DNA from: Promethearchaeota archaeon
Lineage (GTDB): Archaea > Asgardarchaeota > Lokiarchaeia > Sigyniarchaeales > Sigyniarchaeaceae
Length of the DNA stretch: 56,792 nt
Direction: 5' to 3'
Assembly (NCBI GenBank): GCA_016932935.1
Contig: JAFGBX010000082.1
Coordinates: forward strand, 1-56,792
Numbering within the stretch: position 1 is the stretch's first letter; each line of letters begins with the position of its first letter. The translations under genes were made by a program, and so were the position numbers. Shown here in pieces: positions 35,745-44,972 of the stretch. The notes under the pieces were generated by a model, which searched no databases, was not told the DNA's origin, and saw only the letters and a program-made list of their open reading frames with translations.

Positions 35745-38700
35745 TCATCTTATGCGTGTCAGCGCCGTTTTCAGCAGGTTCTTGATGCACTCGCGCTCTT
35801 GCTCGAGGCCGTGGGTCATGAGCGTCCCCTCGATGACCGAGAACGCGCGCGTGAAGGCCTCCTTCTTGTCCTTGGAGATGTCGTAGTACGTGTTGAACGC
35901 GTCGCCGAAACCCTTCAGCACGCGTATGCTGATCGCGTTGAGCCTCACGTCCTCGGAACCCTTCTTCTCCTCGGCCTCGATGAAGTGGTAGTCCATGTCG
36001 AGCGGGGAATACTTCATAGTCTCGTGGCGGAGTTGGACGAACGCGTCGATCACGTCGGCGAAATCGTGCTTTCCACCTTGGCCCGGGGACGACGACTGTC
36101 CCGGCTGCTTGATGATGCCTTCCAACACGTCCCGGGCAGCGGCGTCGTCCGCGTAGGGAACCTTCAAGGTCATCAAGCGGTTCTTCAGCGCGTCGGAGAA
36201 CGCGAACGTCCCGATCAAGTCCCACGGGTTCATGGTCAGCAGGATCTTCCAGTCGCGCGGCGCCTGGACGACCTGGCCGCCCGGCATCGAGACGAACCGG
36301 CCTGCCAGCGCGTCGAGCATAGGGCCGCCCCAGAGCTGCTGGGAGGCACGGTTTGCCTCGTCGATGATCGGGAAGGTCTTGTGGGCGAGCGACATGCAGA
36401 CCACGCCCAGGTTGTACACGGGCTGATCCTTGTTGCCGAACGCCCCTGGGCCCAGCTCGTGGAAGATCTCGCCGATCACCGTCCCCTCGCTGACCGAGAT
36501 GAAGGCCTTCGTGCCGCCGATGCAGATGCCGTCGACGAGGGCGCGGGCGAGCTGCGTCTTCCCCTCGCCGCTTGGCCCGACGACGACGATCCCGATCGAG
36601 CTCTCTGACCGCAAGGCCACGGCGAAGTCCTCGATGACCTTCTTGTAATGCGAGCCGACGAGGCCGTGCTTGCGCAGCTCCCCTTGCATCACGCGGAGGA
36701 GCTCGTGCGTGCTGACATCGAGGACGGACTTGCCGTTGATGTTGGTCACGTGCGGTGCCATGAGGTTGTTCATGCCGATTTCCTTCAAGAAATCAGCCGC
36801 GTCGAACTTCGGCCGCGACTCGTCAGCACTCTCCTTCTTGATGATGGGCGGGACAGCGACGTCGACGGGCTTCCTCACGGCCACGCCTTGCTCCTTTGCA
36901 GCCCTTTCGATCGCCTCGCTGTACAGGCTCTTCGCCACGGCCGGGTCGCAGTGCAGGAACACGGGGGGCACGACGCGCATCTCCGCGGACGACCTGTTCC
37001 TCAAGTTCGTCGCGGAGAACACGACCGCGACGCCGGGCGTCAAGTTCGCGAGGAGGGACTGGGAGAGCGCGTCGAGCTTCATGCTCACCATGTCCTTCTT
37101 CGCCAGCTTGAACAAGATCCTCGTCTGGGCGTTCTGCTCGACGACCGTGTTCAAGTCGGTGATCTGTTGCGTGGCCACTAGCAGGGAGATCGCGTGCTTC
37201 CTTCCCTCCTTGGCGATGATGTCGAACTCTTGTTCGATGTACTTGGAGAAGTCCTTGGACAGGCCGGAAAGGCGGGGCTTGGCAGGCAAGAGCTCGTGCG
37301 CCTCGTCGATCACGATGAGGTTGTTGACGACGCTGTCCTCGTCGGCCGTTGCCACCTGGCCCTGCCCTTGCTGTGACGGGGGCATTGGCACCGGGGGAGG
37401 CTGCCCGGCTGCTGCCCCGCCGACCGTGGGCTTCACAGCCCCGGGCTCCTGTTCATCGCTGCTGTGGGACGGCGCCGGTGCGGCGAGCACGGTGTACCCC
37501 TCGACGACCTTCTTCTGGTAGATCCGCTTGAGGATCTCCATCAAGAAGATGGACCTCAAAGTCTCGTAGCCCCCCATCCGCGGGAACAGGATGAACACCA
37601 GCTTCTTGTTGAGCATCAACTCCGTGTCGATCTCCTCGACGGTATCGAAGACGCCGAGGCTCCGGAGTGCCTTGAGCCGCTGGGATATCGCGTCGGCGAT
37701 GCCGGGGTTCCCTTCCACGGTCTCGACCGAGTTGGGGACGAACCACTTGATGTTCTTGCCCTTCTTCTCCGTGATGCGGTTGTTGTCGAACCACTGGCAG
37801 AACGCCTCGAAGTTGAAGAAGGAGACGCAAGAGGAGAAGAGCTTGAAGAGCGAGAGCAGCAACTCGTGCCCCTTGGCCGTGAGCAGGGGCATGAAGCTCG
37901 CGAGCTGCTCCCCGGTCTGGATGCGATAAGAACGGAACCCGAAGTCCTTCCAATCGAACAGCTGTTGGAACCCCGTGGGTGTCACGTAGAACGGCTTCAA
38001 GAAGAGGACGTCGTCAGGCTTTATCGCTGCCTCGAGCCCCCGATCCTTCAAGCCGAGGTCGTCCTTGATCTTCTTCGACTGGTCGGCGAGCCTGAGCATG
38101 CCCGACTCTCGCCACGGCTTCATCACCTGGACGAGGTCGCCTTGCGAGTCGAACACGATGGCGTGGACGTGGGAACCCAGCTCGTCCGATCTCGTGACCA
38201 GGTCGTATATAACGTTCTTGAGCAGGACGGTCTTCCCCTGGCCAGGTACCCCGCCGATGTACGTGTGGGTCTTCAGCAGCTCCGGGTTGAGGCGGTAGAA
38301 GATGCTCCTATCGTTCAGCTGCATCGGGACGCCCGCCTGGGAGAGCAGGCCCAGGTTCAGCCCCTCCTTGGGGATGCCGTAGATCTCCTGGATCTCGCCG
38401 ACGGTGGCCGGGAAGACCAACGACTCCTCGCTGATGATCTGCGTGACCGGGCACGACTCCTTGAGGTCCATCCCGTGGCGGGCGAGCAACTGGATGCCGA
38501 ACAGTAAGGTGGCGGCGTTGGGCTGCCCCTTCTGGGCGGTACCCTTCTTCAGCTTCAGCTCCTGGGATATGACGACGCCGGAATACACGACGTCGGCCGG
38601 GCAATCGAACACCAGGACGACCTGGTTCTGTTCAGGTTTTCGGTCGTTGGGATCGCCACCCGCATAACAGAAATCGGGCTGCGGGATGGGGACGATCACC

Positions 38701-39020
38701 TTCCCGAGCGGTTCCCTCAGGTAAAAGCGGCCAGCGTTCGACTTCTTCGATCCACGCATATCTTCCCTGAGCCGCCTCAGTTGGTCGAGCATGTCCAGCT
38801 GCAGGGTTCGCTTGTCGAACCCCCTCGGCTGGAAGTCCTCTCCGTCGTTCTCTAGTTTCATCGCTGCGTCTCCCTCCGTGAGCACTCGATCGGCAGATCC
38901 TACGAGATCTGACACCCCGTGTGGCCTTATCAGTGTTTGCTCCTCGTCGTGGGGCGTGATGCTTCCGCGACGGGGGCACGGCCGAGGTATCCGGTTTTCG
39001 GCTTCGACGAGTTCTTGCAT
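35745..39020 (-). CDS. Double ATPase: HerA/FtsK-like (DUF87-type) P-loop ATPase fused to a MoxR/AAA_5-like AAA+ module
   Basis: 1091 aa. Module 1: HTYIGGVPGQGKTVLLKNV, AIVFDSQGDL, LIVIDEAHELLP, SLLVATQQITDL (HerA-like signatures). Module 2: IVVVGPSGEGKTQLARAL, FPIIDEANRASQQL, ILLTMNPWD (MoxR/McrB-type AAA). The gene ends 7 nt before the start of the vWA gene. Confidence 0.75.
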   Translation of the reverse strand: MQELVEAENRIPRPCPRRGSITPHDEEQTLIRPHGVSDLVGSADRVLTEGDAAMKLENDGEDFQPRGFDKRTLQLDMLDQLRRLREDMRGSKKSNAGRFYLREPLGKVIVPIPQPDFCYAGGDPNDRKPEQNQVVLVFDCPADVVYSGVVISQELKLKKGTAQKGQPNAATLLFGIQLLARHGMDLKESCPVTQIISEESLVFPATVGEIQEIYGIPKEGLNLGLLSQAGVPMQLNDRSIFYRLNPELLKTHTYIGGVPGQGKTVLLKNVIYDLVTRSDELGSHVHAIVFDSQGDLVQVMKPWRESGMLRLADQSKKIKDDLGLKDRGLEAAIKPDDVLFLKPFYVTPTGFQQLFDWKDFGFRSYRIQTGEQLASFMPLLTAKGHELLLSLFKLFSSCVSFFNFEAFCQWFDNNRITEKKGKNIKWFVPNSVETVEGNPGIADAISQRLKALRSLGVFDTVEEIDTELMLNKKLVFILFPRMGGYETLRSIFLMEILKRIYQKKVVEGYTVLAAPAPSHSSDEQEPGAVKPTVGGAAAGQPPPVPMPPSQQGQGQVATADEDSVVNNLIVIDEAHELLPAKPRLSGLSKDFSKYIEQEFDIIAKEGRKHAISLLVATQQITDLNTVVEQNAQTRILFKLAKKDMVSMKLDALSQSLLANLTPGVAVVFSATNLRNRSSAEMRVVPPVFLHCDPAVAKSLYSEAIERAAKEQGVAVRKPVDVAVPPIIKKESADESRPKFDAADFLKEIGMNNLMAPHVTNINGKSVLDVSTHELLRVMQGELRKHGLVGSHYKKVIEDFAVALRSESSIGIVVVGPSGEGKTQLARALVDGICIGGTKAFISVSEGTVIGEIFHELGPGAFGNKDQPVYNLGVVCMSLAHKTFPIIDEANRASQQLWGGPMLDALAGRFVSMPGGQVVQAPRDWKILLTMNPWDLIGTFAFSDALKNRLMTLKVPYADDAAARDVLEGIIKQPGQSSSPGQGGKHDFADVIDAFVQLRHETMKYSPLDMDYHFIEAEEKKGSEDVRLNAISIRVLKGFGDAFNTYYDISKDKKEAFTRAFSVIEGTLMTHGLEQERECIKNLLKTALTRIR

Positions 39021-39040
39021 GGATGGATCAGCGGAGGAAT

Positions 39041-39050
39041 GTCATATAAG
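39041..39050 (-). promoter_or_regulatory. TATA box for the 39020->26446 operon
   Basis: The minus strand reads CTTATATGAC about 22-31 nt upstream of ATG 39020, consistent with a leaderless first gene. Confidence 0.5.
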
Positions 39051-39168
39051 ACTAGGGGGAACATGCCGTTCCCCGACCACCATGAAAGCAAGGGAACTCG
39101 TGAAGGGCCTCGTGGAGCGTGGAGACGGCCCCGGCCTCAAGCACCTCCCCGTGAACCTGGAAGGTGGT

Positions 39169-39807
39169 TCAATTTTGCCGCAGCTTGAAGGATATCTGCC
39201 CCACCACCCCGTCCTTGCCGATTTGAACCACGGGTGCTTCGTACGTGGCGGTGTATGGCTGCTCCAGGATCCCCTCGAGCGCGTTGGCAAGCACGCTGAA
39301 TATCTGAAACAACAGCTGGGGGATCGCCTTTTCCAGCTCGTGGACGGTCGCACCAGGCATGCGGACGGCGTCGGCGAGGGCGCCGGCCTCCGCGTCGTTG
39401 AAGGCATACCGCAACAGGCCGTTGTAGTCCGATTCACCGCGCCCGGGCAGCTCCTCGAAGGAAAGGCGCCTCGGGTCGAACCGGAACATGCACGTGAACC
39501 ACGTCATGAACAAGTGCTGGTCGTTCGCGGCGATGAAGTCCGCCGCCGGCAGCGGGTTCTGCTCCGAGGGGGCGAACCCGGCGGCCATCCTCGCCGCCTT
39601 GTAGCTGGCCCACTCGCCTCGCAGGGTAGCCAGCAGCCGGGGGTAGGCCTTCCTCTTGCGCGTGGCTTCCGCCCTCAGGCGGTTGAAGAGCACTTCGCCG
39701 TAGGTGTAGAAGCCCGGCTCGCGGCCCGCGCCCTTGCGCGCCAGCCGCGAGATCATGGCCGGGAACAGGTATCGACCCGGCCGCCTCAAGGACCCTTCCG
39801 CGTCCAT
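39169..39807 (-). CDS. Hypothetical protein (212 aa) immediately upstream of the operon
   Basis: Balanced composition (MDAEGSLRRPGRYLFPAMISRLARKG...FMTWFTCMFRFDPRRLSFEELPGRGESDYNGLLRYAFNDAEAG...). The antisense ORF 38791..39849 is R-rich shadow. GGTATAAGG (39861..39869, minus strand) lies about 55 nt upstream. Confidence 0.6.
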   Translation of the reverse strand: MDAEGSLRRPGRYLFPAMISRLARKGAGREPGFYTYGEVLFNRLRAEATRKRKAYPRLLATLRGEWASYKAARMAAGFAPSEQNPLPAADFIAANDQHLFMTWFTCMFRFDPRRLSFEELPGRGESDYNGLLRYAFNDAEAGALADAVRMPGATVHELEKAIPQLLFQIFSVLANALEGILEQPYTATYEAPVVQIGKDGVVGQISFKLRQN

Positions 39808-40170
39808 AAGGGATCACCACACGTATGTTTAGCCTCGATCACCACCTAGTACTCGCCCTACCTTATACCCGCCGGAACGACCCGTGCCGGCACCGTCGGG
39901 AGCGAGCGACCTGGCGTTCCTCGAACCCGCGGGCGCGGGGGGAATGAAAAAAATGCCCGCCCCCTCCCGAGTTCCTGGCGGGCAAAAGAACGCCCCCCGG
40001 TGCATTGACCGTTCCTGGCGGGGGTGCGCCGCGTGGTGCGGGGAGCACCCGCGATGTACCCTTCCCGTCCGTTCCGATTATATGGCGCGGGGACGGGGCG
40101 TCCCGTCGTCGGCCTATCGGTGCGATCGGGCTTGCAAGGTCGCCCGCCCGGGCTCGCCCAGGCAGCCCAC

Positions 40171-41211
40171 TCAGCGCAGCGTCGCGGTCACGAGGAAGTC
40201 CTGCGTGACGTCGAACCGGGCCGCGGGGATCGCCAGCCGGGGCCGCCTCGCCGGGTCGACGGCCGCGCCCGAGAAGTTTAGCACCTTCACGCCCCAGCCG
40301 AGCGCCGTCCCTATCGACTCCCGCCCGTTCCTGCCCGGCGCGACGACCTCGACCTCGACGGCGCGCTTCTTCAACTTCGCCTGGTATATCGCCGCGACGA
40401 GGTCGCTGGGATACGCTGGCGCGGGGTGGATGCCGAAGTCCCGGGCGCTGAGCACGAGCTTCGTGCCGTGCTTCTTTTCAAGTGCCCGAAGCTGCGAGTA
40501 GAAGTGACCAAACTCCCGCTCCTTCACCTTGCCGAGCTTTCGCCCCGTGCGGTAGGCCAGGTAATTCTGGATGCCGACCCGCACCCGGCCCGGCTCCGGG
40601 TGGACCTCCTTGAGCCCCTTGTAGAACTCGACGATGCGCCCGATCTCGGCGTCGTTGACGCCGAAGAACCAGACCGGCGCGATCACGAGATCCATACCGC
40701 TCCCTGGGACGGCCTCGATGGCGCGGAGCACCGCATCGAGGTTGTAGTCGTCCCGGCACGAAATCTTCCTCGCTTGGCCTGGATCCATCGTGTTCAGCGT
40801 GACGTTGATCTGGTCGAGCCCGGCAGCCCGCAGCTCGCCGATGCGGCCGCCCCCGAGCATCGTGCCGTTGCTCTGCATGCTCGCCCGGCGCACGCCGGGG
40901 ACCCCGCGAAGCCCCTTGATGAGGCCGGGGAGATCCTTGTAGAGCAGGCCCTCGCCGTACGGGTCGACGTGTGCCTCGATGTCGTCCAGACCCTTGAACC
41001 GGACGACGCGCTCGAATGCTTCGATCAAGTAGGGGGCATCCACGATGAAATCATTCTCTTGGCCGCCGGCGTTGGCATAACAATACGCACAACGCAGGTT
41101 GCACAGCGTCGTCGGCCGCACCTCGACGAGGTTCGTGCCCCGGTCGATCACGCCGACGAAATCGAGGCCGTGCAGGGGGATGCGCGTCTCCCGTGTGACC
41201 TTGACCAACAT
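40171..41211 (-). CDS. Radical SAM protein (MoaA/NifB-related, uncharacterised archaeal type)
   Basis: 346 aa with the CxxxCxxC motif in RPTTLCNLRCAYCYANAGG, followed by the radical SAM barrel pattern (GEGLLYKDL, SNGTML, INVTLN). Confidence 0.7.
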   Translation of the reverse strand: MLVKVTRETRIPLHGLDFVGVIDRGTNLVEVRPTTLCNLRCAYCYANAGGQENDFIVDAPYLIEAFERVVRFKGLDDIEAHVDPYGEGLLYKDLPGLIKGLRGVPGVRRASMQSNGTMLGGGRIGELRAAGLDQINVTLNTMDPGQARKISCRDDYNLDAVLRAIEAVPGSGMDLVIAPVWFFGVNDAEIGRIVEFYKGLKEVHPEPGRVRVGIQNYLAYRTGRKLGKVKEREFGHFYSQLRALEKKHGTKLVLSARDFGIHPAPAYPSDLVAAIYQAKLKKRAVEVEVVAPGRNGRESIGTALGWGVKVLNFSGAAVDPARRPRLAIPAARFDVTQDFLVTATLR

Positions 41212-41218
41212 GTGCCGA

Positions 41219-42091
41219 TCACGGGTGCGGGTGGATGGAGAACTCGATCTGCCTGTCCGGGAAGAGCGTCCTTATGAGCCCCTCGATCTGCTCCATCTTC
41301 TCGTGCGCGACCTTGAGCGACACCGCCTCGTCCATGAGGATGTCCATCGTGATGAACACGACGTCGCCGACCTTCTTCACGCGCACGCTCGTCACCGCCA
41401 TGATGTCCGGTATCACGTGCGGAACCTCGTCGTAGATCATGATCAGCTCCTCGGGGGCGAGTGGGTTCCGTTCCACGAGGTTGTCGAGGGCGCCCCGGCA
41501 GGAGCGGAGCGTCATGAGGATCACGAAGGCGGAGATGCAGATCGCGAAGATGGGATCTGCGAGGGGGGCACCAGCGATTGATAGAACCGTGGCGGCGAGC
41601 ACGAGGAGGCTCCGCAGCCCGTCCATCGAGTACCCGAGTCCCTGGATCTTGATGGCCTCGCTGTCGAGCCGGGCGCCCTTCCGCCGGAGGTACGTGCCGA
41701 AAAGGATGTTGGACGCGGCGAACCCGACGAACGTGGCCGCCGCGACGGCGCCGTTCCCGACACCGCCCGCGCTCCCCGTGGCGATCGCCCCGATGGCGCT
41801 GTAGACGATGATCGCGTAGATGACCGTGACGACGACGAACTGGATGATCGCCCCGAGCGACTCGTACTTGCCCTTGCCGTAGGGGTGCTCGGAGTCCACC
41901 GGCTCGGTGCTCTTCTGTATGATCCGCTTGAGGAGCACGAGCAGGACGATGTCGCTCATCGCGTCGATGGAATCGCTGACGACGGAAAGGCCACCTGAGA
42001 CGAAGATGATCGCGATCTTGACGACGAGCACGACCAGGCTGTAGAGCATGGCCAGATTCGCCGCGCCGGACTTCCCGTTTATCGATTCCAT
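41219..42091 (-). CDS. Cation diffusion facilitator (CDF) family metal efflux transporter
   Basis: Trimmed to ATG 42091 (MESINGKSGAANLAMLYSLVV...), because the track N-terminus overlaps cutA in another frame. CDF motifs: SVVSDSIDAMSDIV, HPYGKGKYESLGA, and the C-terminal cytoplasmic domain VRVKKVGDVVFITMDILMD. Confidence 0.8.
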   Translation of the reverse strand: MESINGKSGAANLAMLYSLVVLVVKIAIIFVSGGLSVVSDSIDAMSDIVLLVLLKRIIQKSTEPVDSEHPYGKGKYESLGAIIQFVVVTVIYAIIVYSAIGAIATGSAGGVGNGAVAAATFVGFAASNILFGTYLRRKGARLDSEAIKIQGLGYSMDGLRSLLVLAATVLSIAGAPLADPIFAICISAFVILMTLRSCRGALDNLVERNPLAPEELIMIYDEVPHVIPDIMAVTSVRVKKVGDVVFITMDILMDEAVSLKVAHEKMEQIEGLIRTLFPDRQIEFSIHPHP

Positions 42092-42183
42092 CTGCCTCGC
42101 CGAGGGAAAACACCACGCTGATCGATAACAAGCACGCGAGCCTTTTATGCGCGCCGCACGGCCGCGGGGGCGGGCTCCCCAGT

Positions 42184-42510
42184 TCAGTCGAACGTGTTCT
42201 CCTGTATCCAGTCGAGGTACGGCTGGTAGGCGGCGAGTACCGGGAGCGCCAGGATCTCGGGGCACTCGTACGGGTGGTTGGCCTTGATCTCGTCCTTGAG
42301 GGTGTCGAACAGCGACGCGCGGGTCTTCATGACCATGAGCAATTCGGCCTCGTCGCGGATCTCGCCCTTCCACGTGTAGATGGAGCGCACGTTTGGTAAA
42401 ATGTTCACGCACGGGACGAGTTTCTTTTCGAGCAGGACGGACGCCAGCTTCTTGCCGACCTCCTCGCTCGGCACCGTGCTCAGCACGACGATGTACTTGT
42501 TCTGTGGCAT
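42184..42510 (-). CDS. cutA: Divalent-cation tolerance protein CutA
   Basis: 108 aa: VVLSTVPSEEVGKKLASVLLEKKLVPCVNILPNVRSIYTWKGEI..DAELLMVMKT......L...I...HPYECPEILALPV. This is the canonical CutA1 pattern. Confidence 0.85.
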   Translation of the reverse strand: MPQNKYIVVLSTVPSEEVGKKLASVLLEKKLVPCVNILPNVRSIYTWKGEIRDEAELLMVMKTRASLFDTLKDEIKANHPYECPEILALPVLAAYQPYLDWIQENTFD

Positions 42511-42565
42511 ACTCCAATCCTAGCCTATCCACTTTTTATGGGTTCGTCCAGAGGGAGGACACATC

Positions 42566-43708
42566 ATGAACAGCAAGGAACGCGTCCTGGCGGCGTTCGA
42601 CCACGAGGAGCCCGACCGCGTGCCGATCTTCGTCCAATCGATCATGCCGGTGTTCTACTCGCGGATGGAGCAGCTATGGGCCGAGGAGGAGGACATCGAC
42701 GTCATCTTCCTGGGGAAGGACTTCACCTTGTACAAGCGCATGGGCTTCGACATGTCTTGGGGCGGCGCGGGGCTCGGCGCGTCGCCAGCCGTCAACCGCA
42801 TCGACGAGCACCCGCTCCCCGCCATGAAGGAACCGGGCGTGACCATCGACATTACCGGCCGCCTGCACAAGACCACCGTGATGAACGGCCACCCGTACAC
42901 GTGGTACCTCGGCCCGTACCTGGCGACGGAGGAGGCGGTCGACGAGTGGTATGAGAACTACTTTTTCGGCGTGGAATTCGTTCCCCCGTCCGACGACATC
43001 GTCAAGAACTTGAACGACCACATCAAGCAGACCGTCGGCGACGGGCGGTTCGTCCCGACGTGCGGCTTAAGGGGCGTGTTCGAGGGCGTCTTCGAGGGCA
43101 TGACGCCCCAGCTGTTCTCCCGGCTGCTGATCAAGAAGCCCCAGAAGCTCAAGCGGATATACGAGGCCTACGCGGCGCAGTCGATCGAGAACGCAAAGGT
43201 CGTCGCCCGCTTGGACTACGACGTCTACAACCTGGCCGACGACCAGGCATACAAGGGCAGTACGTACATCTCCCCGAAGGCGCACCGCGAGATCATCATC
43301 CCTCTCTACAAGAGAATCGTCGGCGAGATCCACAAGGTGAGCAAGGAGAAGCGGGTCTTCTTCCACTCGGACGGCTTCACCGAGCCGCTGTTCCCAGGCC
43401 TCATCGAGGCGGGCTTCGACGGCGTGGAGAGCCTCGAGCCCGGTGCGGGGATGGACCTCAAGCACCTGAAGGAGGCCTACGGCGGCAAGCTCACGCTCAT
43501 CGGCAACGTCGACTGCTCCCGGCTGCTCCCCTTCGGCACGCCGGCCGACGTGGAGGCTGCGGTCAAGCAGATGATACGGGACGCGGGGCACGGCGGCGGG
43601 TACATCGTGAGCCCTTGCACCGACCTCACCGACTCGTGCAAGTTCGAGAACGGCGTGGCCATGGTCGAGGCCGTGAGGAAATGGGGCCAGTACCCGCTGA
43701 AAGCCTAA
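42566..43708 (+). CDS. Uroporphyrinogen decarboxylase (URO-D) family protein, MtaA/MtbA-like methyltransferase type
   Basis: 380 aa. The N-terminus MNSKERVLAAFDHEEPDRVPIF and the C-terminus HSDG....L.P.LIEAGFDGV..LEP.AGMDL..LKE.YG.KL.LIGN.D fit the URO-D fold family. Confidence 0.65.
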   Translation: MNSKERVLAAFDHEEPDRVPIFVQSIMPVFYSRMEQLWAEEEDIDVIFLGKDFTLYKRMGFDMSWGGAGLGASPAVNRIDEHPLPAMKEPGVTIDITGRLHKTTVMNGHPYTWYLGPYLATEEAVDEWYENYFFGVEFVPPSDDIVKNLNDHIKQTVGDGRFVPTCGLRGVFEGVFEGMTPQLFSRLLIKKPQKLKRIYEAYAAQSIENAKVVARLDYDVYNLADDQAYKGSTYISPKAHREIIIPLYKRIVGEIHKVSKEKRVFFHSDGFTEPLFPGLIEAGFDGVESLEPGAGMDLKHLKEAYGGKLTLIGNVDCSRLLPFGTPADVEAAVKQMIRDAGHGGGYIVSPCTDLTDSCKFENGVAMVEAVRKWGQYPLKA

Positions 43709-43757
43709 ACCCACTCTTCCTCCTTCCGCAGCCCGAGGAGGCGACTTGCCCGTCGAC

Positions 43758-44867
43758 TCACGTGATGGGATAAACGCCGTGCTTCTTGTTCGTCTCGATC
43801 ATGGCGTGGACGTTCTCTATCCTCGTTGTCGCGAGGATGTTGGCGCCCGGCGCGAGGATGAAACCGCCACCCACCGCCGCGTCCTTGATGCATTGCTTCG
43901 TGATCTCGACCGTGAACTCGACCGACCCCACGCACAGCGCGTCCGACGACGGGACGTTCCCGATGAGGGCGATCTTGTCGCCGTGCTGCTCCTTGAGCGG
44001 CTTCAGCCGCATGCCGGCCTCGTACTCGAGCGGCTCCGCGGCGTCGACCCCGGCACGGCACATTCCGGGGAACGACTCGTTCAGGTTTCCGTCCGTGTGG
44101 ACGAGGAACTTAGCGCCGCGTTCATGCGCGTTGTCGGCGAGCCGCTTGTACACGGGCTCGACGAACCGTTCCCAGTCCGCCGGGCTCATCATGAGCCTGT
44201 CCTTCTGCGCGTGGTCGTCGCATATGAACGCGTATGGTATCCCCGCCTCGAATATCCGCTTGTGTTCCTCGATGGTTACGTCGCACCACGCGTTGATGAG
44301 CCCGTGGACGAGTTCTGGGTGCTTGCGGGTCATGTACGAGAAGCGCCGCATCCCGATGGACGCCCACGTGTCCATGGTCGGTCCACCGGCGGTCGGGATC
44401 GGGACGATGTCCTTCGCGCAGCCGACGTCCCACATATTCTTGATGCCCTTGTAGTAGCCATCGTCAGGCGGGACGAAGTCCCTCACGTAGGGGATCCACG
44501 CCTTGACGAGCTCGGGCGTCTTGAGCGCCCCGTCGTAGTACCACGACTTCGTGCCGTCATCGCTGCGGACGTGGATCACGCCCGTCTTGCCGACGACTTG
44601 ACCTTCGGGCAGCGGGGGCAGCTCGGCGGGCAATTCCCTCGCCGGTGCCGAGGAGCCGTGCAGGTGGATCCACTTCGAATCGAACCCGAGCTGCCGGGCC
44701 AGGATCATGTCCATGGTCATGTCCGGAAACAGTCCCGCCTCGTCTTCGATGCCGACTTGCTCGTCGAACCGCCGGACGAACGGGTCCTCGATGGACTGGG
44801 TGAAAGTGGGGACTCGGTCGGGCTCCTCGTGGCAGAGCGCCTTCCAGATGCGTTCGTGGGCCTTCAT
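43758..44867 (-). CDS. URO-D family protein (second, convergent paralog)
   Basis: 369 aa: MKAHERIWKALCHEEPDRVPTFTQSI..., later HTDGNLNESFPGMCRAGVDAAEPLEYEAGMRLKPLKEQHGDKIALIGNV. Confidence 0.65.
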   Translation of the reverse strand: MKAHERIWKALCHEEPDRVPTFTQSIEDPFVRRFDEQVGIEDEAGLFPDMTMDMILARQLGFDSKWIHLHGSSAPARELPAELPPLPEGQVVGKTGVIHVRSDDGTKSWYYDGALKTPELVKAWIPYVRDFVPPDDGYYKGIKNMWDVGCAKDIVPIPTAGGPTMDTWASIGMRRFSYMTRKHPELVHGLINAWCDVTIEEHKRIFEAGIPYAFICDDHAQKDRLMMSPADWERFVEPVYKRLADNAHERGAKFLVHTDGNLNESFPGMCRAGVDAAEPLEYEAGMRLKPLKEQHGDKIALIGNVPSSDALCVGSVEFTVEITKQCIKDAAVGGGFILAPGANILATTRIENVHAMIETNKKHGVYPIT

Positions 44868-44912
44868 CTGTCGTTCCTTGGCAGCTATGCGGGTTGAAGC
44901 TTTTTAAGGGGC

Positions 44913-44954
44913 CTAGTCAATGTGTAGTTGACTAGTCAAAGGAACATTGACTAG
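44913..44954. promoter_or_regulatory. Operator-like triple inverted repeat (TTGACTAG half-sites)
   Basis: CTAGTCAA-tgtgtag-TTGACTAGTCAA-aggaaca-TTGACTAG. The centre is a perfect 12-bp palindrome at 44928..44939, flanked at 7-nt spacing by matching half-sites. It lies between a TATA-like TTTTTAAG (about 44901) and ATG 44973, in the divergent intergenic region. Confidence 0.55.
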
Positions 44955-44972
44955 CTGGGCATGTGATTCGAG

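Noticed and set aside
38791-39849. 352-aa plus-strand ORF spanning the start of the HerA-MoxR gene and the 212-aa gene.
   Set aside because: It is antisense to two better-supported genes. Its composition is R/G/P-rich and it crosses the promoter-containing intergenic gap.
11098-39850. Integrated virus, plasmid or transposon interpretation of the accessory block.
   Set aside because: I found no integrase, transposase, capsid/terminase-like or replication gene. I also found no terminal direct or inverted repeats and no tRNA at a border. I treat it as a compositional island of unknown origin.
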